Source: a virus
Reading direction: 5' to 3' (one strand)
IMG/VR virus record: IMGVR_UViG_3300035698_019240
Coordinates: 1 to 64,000 of that record
DNA: 64,000 nt
The notes under the pieces: model-generated
What the model was told of the DNA's origin: nothing
Seen by the model: only the letters and a program-made list of their open reading frames with translations
Database searches by the model: none
Shown: positions 59,588 to 64,000 of the stretch, in pieces
How the letters are laid out: every line of letters starts with the position of its first letter
How positions within the stretch are numbered: position 1 is the first letter of the stretch
Program-made: the position numbers and the translations under genes

Positions 59588-61222
59588 CTATTTTTCTATC
59601 ATCACATATGTTGTGTCCACTTCCATGGGATTATATCCCTTGTTGTTTGGTTTGTTCAGTGTATTGCCAGGTATATCAGTCAAACCTTGTGACATTTGAA
59701 CTAATGGTTTTCCACTCATATTCAAGCTTGGAGCTTGATCTTTTGAACATACTTTGTATGATACAACCTTTTTATCAATCTGAGTGGTCAGCGTTACAGG
59801 TCTACCCCATAATCTCCATATATGTTTCAAAGTTTCCTCTGAATATACCTTATCAAGGTTTGCTCCACTCCATTTATGTTCAAGTAACATTTCACCTGTA
59901 TTATTAAAGTTACCGTTGGTAACCTCGATCTTTGGTATGTTACTATGGGCAAAGCTATTGATTATAATCTGGGCAACCTCTTTTGCTTGGTGGCCTGTGA
60001 TGACAAAATCCGTATGTGAATATTCTTCTTTTGCCATATAGATATAAAGCTTGAGTTTATCCACAACTTCTTGTGTCAAGAAACTTTGCATGAAGAACCA
60101 GTCAGTCTGAGTTCTCATTGACTCAAACAATTTTTCAGTACCTTTATCTTCTTTTGTATCCCAGTTCTTTTTTTCTTCTCTGTTATCACAGTTTTCATAC
60201 TCACGACCGTGACGACCTTTATCCCATCTTTCTTTAATGTCTTCCCACATACCACTACCTATATGGTAAGGATTCATACCACCAGGATTCATGGCTTTAA
60301 CAAGTGAGTTGGAATAATTGTACTGAGCATGATCAGAAACACTCAAAAGTTCCTCTTTGAATAATGTACCCATCATTTTTTCATGCCAATATGTAGCCCA
60401 ACCTTCATTCATATACTTTGTTTTCATCTGAGGCCAGTAATACTGACCTTCAATTCTCAAAACTTCAAGTATATCTTTATGCCAGTCTTCAAGTTGAGGA
60501 GAATTATCAATAACATATCTCAAAATATCCTCAGTAGGCTCAACAGGCGTTTGAAGTTTAAGATATCTGTAAAGTTTCTGGTTATAAAGATGTACTTCTT
60601 CACCAGGATCAGGCTTATTACTTTCTACCAAATCTCCAAATTGCTCTCCGGGGCCTTTTTTATTTGTAAGTTTTTTCTGTCTAAAACACCTTTCAAGCTT
60701 TTCTTTTTCCGTTTCCGTATCAAATGGACTTGAGTGTAACTGTAACGCATGTCCTGCGTCAATCACTGCTTCAACTTCATCAATACCGTACATAATTTCA
60801 AATTTGTTAAAACGCTTACTGGCTTCTGACATAATTTCCACAATGTCTCGCCTTGTCTCACAAAAATGTTTATTTTCAGTGAAAAAATTAACATGTCCTA
60901 TAACATGAGCCATAACCAGAGCTTGTACTGCGAAGGTATTTTCCTTCATGAGATAAGCTCTTGAAGGATTAGAGTTAATAACAACTTCATATGGTAAACC
61001 ACCTGAACCGTTTTCATATATAGTTCTTTGTCTTTCATAATCTCTACCATATTTCCAGTTTGATACGTTGGTAGGCATGTGGTACGCCATTATTTCTAAC
61101 ATTTTCTGAGGAGGTATAATATCAAATTCTATTGGACAATATTTCATTCCAAGATCATCTGTTGCAATTTGATTTAATCTATCCTCAATTTTTATCAGTC
61201 TTCCAAGTTCACTTTTCTGCAT
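59588..61222 (-). CDS. spoVR: SpoVR / YcgB family protein
   Basis: YEVVINSNP, AHV.GH..FF..N and PQMKTKYMNEGWATYWH motifs. Confidence 0.92.
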   Translation of the reverse strand: MQKSELGRLIKIEDRLNQIATDDLGMKYCPIEFDIIPPQKMLEIMAYHMPTNVSNWKYGRDYERQRTIYENGSGGLPYEVVINSNPSRAYLMKENTFAVQALVMAHVIGHVNFFTENKHFCETRRDIVEIMSEASKRFNKFEIMYGIDEVEAVIDAGHALQLHSSPFDTETEKEKLERCFRQKKLTNKKGPGEQFGDLVESNKPDPGEEVHLYNQKLYRYLKLQTPVEPTEDILRYVIDNSPQLEDWHKDILEVLRIEGQYYWPQMKTKYMNEGWATYWHEKMMGTLFKEELLSVSDHAQYNYSNSLVKAMNPGGMNPYHIGSGMWEDIKERWDKGRHGREYENCDNREEKKNWDTKEDKGTEKLFESMRTQTDWFFMQSFLTQEVVDKLKLYIYMAKEEYSHTDFVITGHQAKEVAQIIINSFAHSNIPKIEVTNGNFNNTGEMLLEHKWSGANLDKVYSEETLKHIWRLWGRPVTLTTQIDKKVVSYKVCSKDQAPSLNMSGKPLVQMSQGLTDIPGNTLNKPNNKGYNPMEVDTTYVMIEK

Positions 61223-62542
61223 TTATTTTGCTCCTTTCTTCTCAAATAAGAAGTGTTTTAATGTCTCCCATATATGTTCTTTTTTCTTTATTACGGCTAA
61301 CAGTAATCTATGTTCGTCATTTTTATAAAAATTCGTTCCCTGTCTTGATGTTACTTTGAAGGGCCATTTATTCTTTATGGTTGTTAACAGTCCGTTAGTT
61401 GATGAGTAGTAACCCCCACCAGTTTGTATCTCTGCATATGCTAACATGTTTATGTTCTTACTTACCATTTCTTCAATCTTTGGAATTGTTTCCTGTGGAC
61501 TCCAATCTTCTCCGTCTCCAAGATATACACAATATACATTCCACGAGTCTAATGGGAACTCTGTATCTATCATGTAGTTGGCTTTTTCAAATGCTGAACC
61601 ACACATTGTGCCACCACTTTCTCCCTTGTGGAAGAATGTGTCTTCATCAACAACTTGGGCTGTCGTGGTATGAGTAATGAACTTAATTTGAACATTATCA
61701 TAACATTTCTTTAAGAATTCTACAAGCCAGAATAACATTGAACGAGCCAGATATTTTTTATCACTGGTCATTGAACCAGATACATCCATCATTGCTATAA
61801 CAACAGCGTTAGAACAATACTCCTCATCGTGTTCAATTTGTTTGTACCTCATATCATCATCTTCAATCATGATATTACTTCTAGTTTCAGTGAGCTTGCC
61901 TTCTTTCATAATATCAATTGCATCATTGATATCACCTTTTGACTGCATCAAAGCTCTACGAGCCTCATCCTCAGTACATCCAGTTTCATCTACAATCTCT
62001 GCTTCATAAGAGACCATTCTTTTGATTGCTTCCATTATGGTTCTCTTTTTATGAACTCTTGGCATAATACCTGTTTTTGAAATTGACTCAAATTTCCACC
62101 CTTTAGGTACAAGGGTTTCCTTTCTTGTTTTTTCCTCGATATAAGGAAGACCAAGATCGTCAAACATTATCTTGATAAGGTAATCAATATCAACTTCGGT
62201 TTCCATGTAATCATTACCCTGTTTGTTTCCTGCTTTATCGCCTTCACCCTGACCCTGGCCATCTTTTTTTTGTCTACCTATGATATCACCACCTTCTCCA
62301 TCACCTTGGCCGACACCAGAACCACCGCCTTCTCCATCATTACCATAAACAAAACGATAATCTTTAAGACCTTTTACAGGAATACGAACTTTCTTACCTT
62401 TTCGTTTGGTGATAATGGATTCTTCACCGATAACATCCTTTACACTCTTCCTGATTGCATCATCAATTTTTTCTTGATGTCTTTCTGCGTCTTTTTTACC
62501 TTTTTCACTTAGCTCCCAATCATCATGATGTACGATACCCAT
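61223..62542 (-). CDS. yeaH: YeaH/YhbH (DUF444) vWA-domain protein
   Basis: D..RH..K, GVGQGDG..GD, MMDVSGSM, GESGGT and DGED motifs. Confidence 0.9.
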   Translation of the reverse strand: MGIVHHDDWELSEKGKKDAERHQEKIDDAIRKSVKDVIGEESIITKRKGKKVRIPVKGLKDYRFVYGNDGEGGGSGVGQGDGEGGDIIGRQKKDGQGQGEGDKAGNKQGNDYMETEVDIDYLIKIMFDDLGLPYIEEKTRKETLVPKGWKFESISKTGIMPRVHKKRTIMEAIKRMVSYEAEIVDETGCTEDEARRALMQSKGDINDAIDIMKEGKLTETRSNIMIEDDDMRYKQIEHDEEYCSNAVVIAMMDVSGSMTSDKKYLARSMLFWLVEFLKKCYDNVQIKFITHTTTAQVVDEDTFFHKGESGGTMCGSAFEKANYMIDTEFPLDSWNVYCVYLGDGEDWSPQETIPKIEEMVSKNINMLAYAEIQTGGGYYSSTNGLLTTIKNKWPFKVTSRQGTNFYKNDEHRLLLAVIKKKEHIWETLKHFLFEKKGAK

Positions 62543-62544
62543 TC

Positions 62545-62829
62545 TTAATCTCCTTCCTTTATCTCTATTTCAAGCCAATCGGCTTTTAAACCACTATTAT
62601 TTAAAATTGCAAACCATTCACACTTACAATCATCACAAAACATTTTTTGTCTAAAAGAAGTTCTGGACATAAATTTTCCACCATTGAATCTTATATTGGT
62701 AGACCCACATAATAGACATGTAGAAGGCGAATTGTTATAAGAACTTGTGTCCTTTATAATCTTTAACCTCTTACCCTTTTTAGTCTTTTTTTCCTCTTTT
62801 GTTATTACTATTAAATCATCGTTTATCAT
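62545..62829 (-). CDS. Small zinc-ribbon protein
   Basis: CLLCGS.NI...K.FCDDC..EW. Confidence 0.6.
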   Translation of the reverse strand: MINDDLIVITKEEKKTKKGKRLKIIKDTSSYNNSPSTCLLCGSTNIRFNGGKFMSRTSFRQKMFCDDCKCEWFAILNNSGLKADWLEIEIKEGD

Positions 62830-62833
62830 TCTA

Positions 62834-63052
62834 TTACCTTATAGGTACAAGTGAGTTACATGTTACATACCATTTTAAACCACATGTACTGCAGACCATT
62901 TTTTTATTAAAGAACTGATTTACCATTCCTCTGGGTTCTTCCTGTATATTTTTTGAACCACAATCTATACATTTTGGATCTTTAAGATATCCCTTTATAT
63001 CCCATATAATTCCTGTGGTTCTTTTTTCCTTCTTCACCAAATCCTCAAACAT
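62834..63052 (-). CDS. Small zinc-ribbon protein
   Basis: Probable start MFEDLVK after GAGGAG; CIDCGS.NI...CSTCG..W. Confidence 0.6.
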   Translation of the reverse strand: MFEDLVKKEKRTTGIIWDIKGYLKDPKCIDCGSKNIQEEPRGMVNQFFNKKMVCSTCGLKWYVTCNSLVPIR

Positions 63053-63066
63053 ATACTCTCTCCTCA

Positions 63067-63282
63067 TTATACTGGTAATACAACCCAAGAAAAATTACAA
63101 TTCAAACATCTCATTACTTTCATATTGAAATATGGTGGAATATTTTCATATCCTGTTGATATAACATTAACCGACTTACATTTAGGACATTGTTTATCAT
63201 TATATGTATCTTTCCTGTCTTTTATATTTTCTGGTTTCTTACCAGTTTTATTTTTTCCTTCACTTATCATATCATCAAACAT
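63067..63282 (-). CDS. Small zinc-ribbon protein
   Basis: CPKCKS.NV...CLNC.FSW. Confidence 0.6.
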   Translation of the reverse strand: MFDDMISEGKNKTGKKPENIKDRKDTYNDKQCPKCKSVNVISTGYENIPPYFNMKVMRCLNCNFSWVVLPV

Positions 63283-63309
63283 TCTTAATCCTCACTCAAT
63301 CGTATGTCC

Positions 63310-63338
63310 ATTATAACACATTACTAACACAAAGTAAA
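63310..63338 (-). promoter_or_regulatory. Early promoter
   Basis: (G)TTTACT-N17-TATAAT with TG extension. Confidence 0.7.
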
Positions 63339-63341
63339 CGC

Positions 63342-63380
63342 AAAAAAAAGGTGCGGCCTATAAAAGGCCGCACCTTTTTT
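63342..63380 (-). terminator. Rho-independent terminator after prkA
   Basis: Perfect stem aaaaaaggtgcggcct-N5-aggccgcacctttttt. Confidence 0.85.
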
Positions 63381-63396
63381 GTTGAATTATGGAAAA

Positions 63397-64000
63397 CTAG
63401 TTTTCCTTTCTTATTACTTCTCCAACAAACTGTAGTAAAACGCTGGCACAGTGATCACAATATCCCTTAGCTATAAGCCTGTTCATCGCCTCACTTCTCC
63501 GTTTTACACCCTTTGGATCAGTGTTTGTTGTATCTGATATTGAAAGTGAAACAACAGACTTGAGGTCGTTCATGAGTTTCTTTTCAATCGCCTCACGAAC
63601 AGGATCGTAATCCTTGAATGTGAACTTTTTACCTTCGCTGAGATATTCTGCCTTATAGACAAAGATGCCATTTCTGAAGGTCTCTTTTGAGTTCACTGGG
63701 ATACTTATAAGTTCTTCGATTGACCTCATAAGTTTTTCATCGGCATCAGAATATTCACCGGTGATCTTATCTTGAACCTTATCTTTCTTACAGAAAGCTG
63801 TTACATTGGTCATGTAGTTATCAAAAAGGTTCTGTGCTTGATCTTCATAAGCCGCCAAGAATGACATATTAACCTCTTTTTTGGCGATCTCTTTATACTC
63901 GTCTGCAACAGAGTTTTTATCACCTGCGAGGATGTTCAAATATGTTGCTGTATCCTCTTCGGTTATACCGATGTGATGGTTGAAGTTCTCACGAAGGGCT
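63397..64000 (-). CDS. prkA: PrkA/YeaG family serine kinase/AAA ATPase, C-terminal part (5' end outside window)
   Basis: AQNLFDNY..NV.A...DEKLMRSIEE.I...K..FR...REAIEKKL...GYC..CA; upstream of yeaH-spoVR. Confidence 0.88.
   Translation of the reverse strand, partial: ALRENFNHHIGITEEDTATYLNILAGDKNSVADEYKEIAKKEVNMSFLAAYEDQAQNLFDNYMTNVTAFCKKDKVQDKITGEYSDADEKLMRSIEELISIPVNSKETFRNGIFVYKAEYLSEGKKFTFKDYDPVREAIEKKLMNDLKSVVSLSISDTTNTDPKGVKRRSEAMNRLIAKGYCDHCASVLLQFVGEVIRKEN

Noticed and set aside
1-64000. Stop-codon reassignment
   Set aside because: Conserved genes are full length in the standard code, and TAA, TAG and TGA all terminate genes.

Overview
AT-rich segment of a large T4-like myovirus genome, read in the standard genetic code. 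Two minus-strand structural blocks flank an accessory island. The left block (1-21.4 kb) has tail fibres and baseplate gp7/gp6/gp25/gp5/gp27/gp53-like genes. The right block (45-57.6 kb) has gp48-like, tape measure, gp26/gp51-like, tube gp19, sheath gp18, gp3/gp15/gp14/gp13-like and large terminase genes. The ~23.6 kb island between them has two arms of small genes diverging from a non-coding stretch at ~35-36 kb, driven by TTTACA-N17-TATAAT-type promoters. The main novelty is ~24 small ORFs from at least three unrelated domain families that all end in the same acidic peptide, (I/M)DVDELFxxI(D/E)I-stop. Its DNA also provides the Shine-Dalgarno and overlapping ATGA start of the next gene, and host-type genes (alanine dehydrogenase, PQ-loop transporters) sit at these junctions. 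Also seen: N-terminal leaders resembling the T4 capsid-targeting sequence (one on a nitrilase-family enzyme), a likely -1 frameshift tail chaperone, a repeated hairpin-plus-terminator leader, and a prkA-yeaH-spoVR set. All product calls come from motif recognition and gene order; no database search was run.
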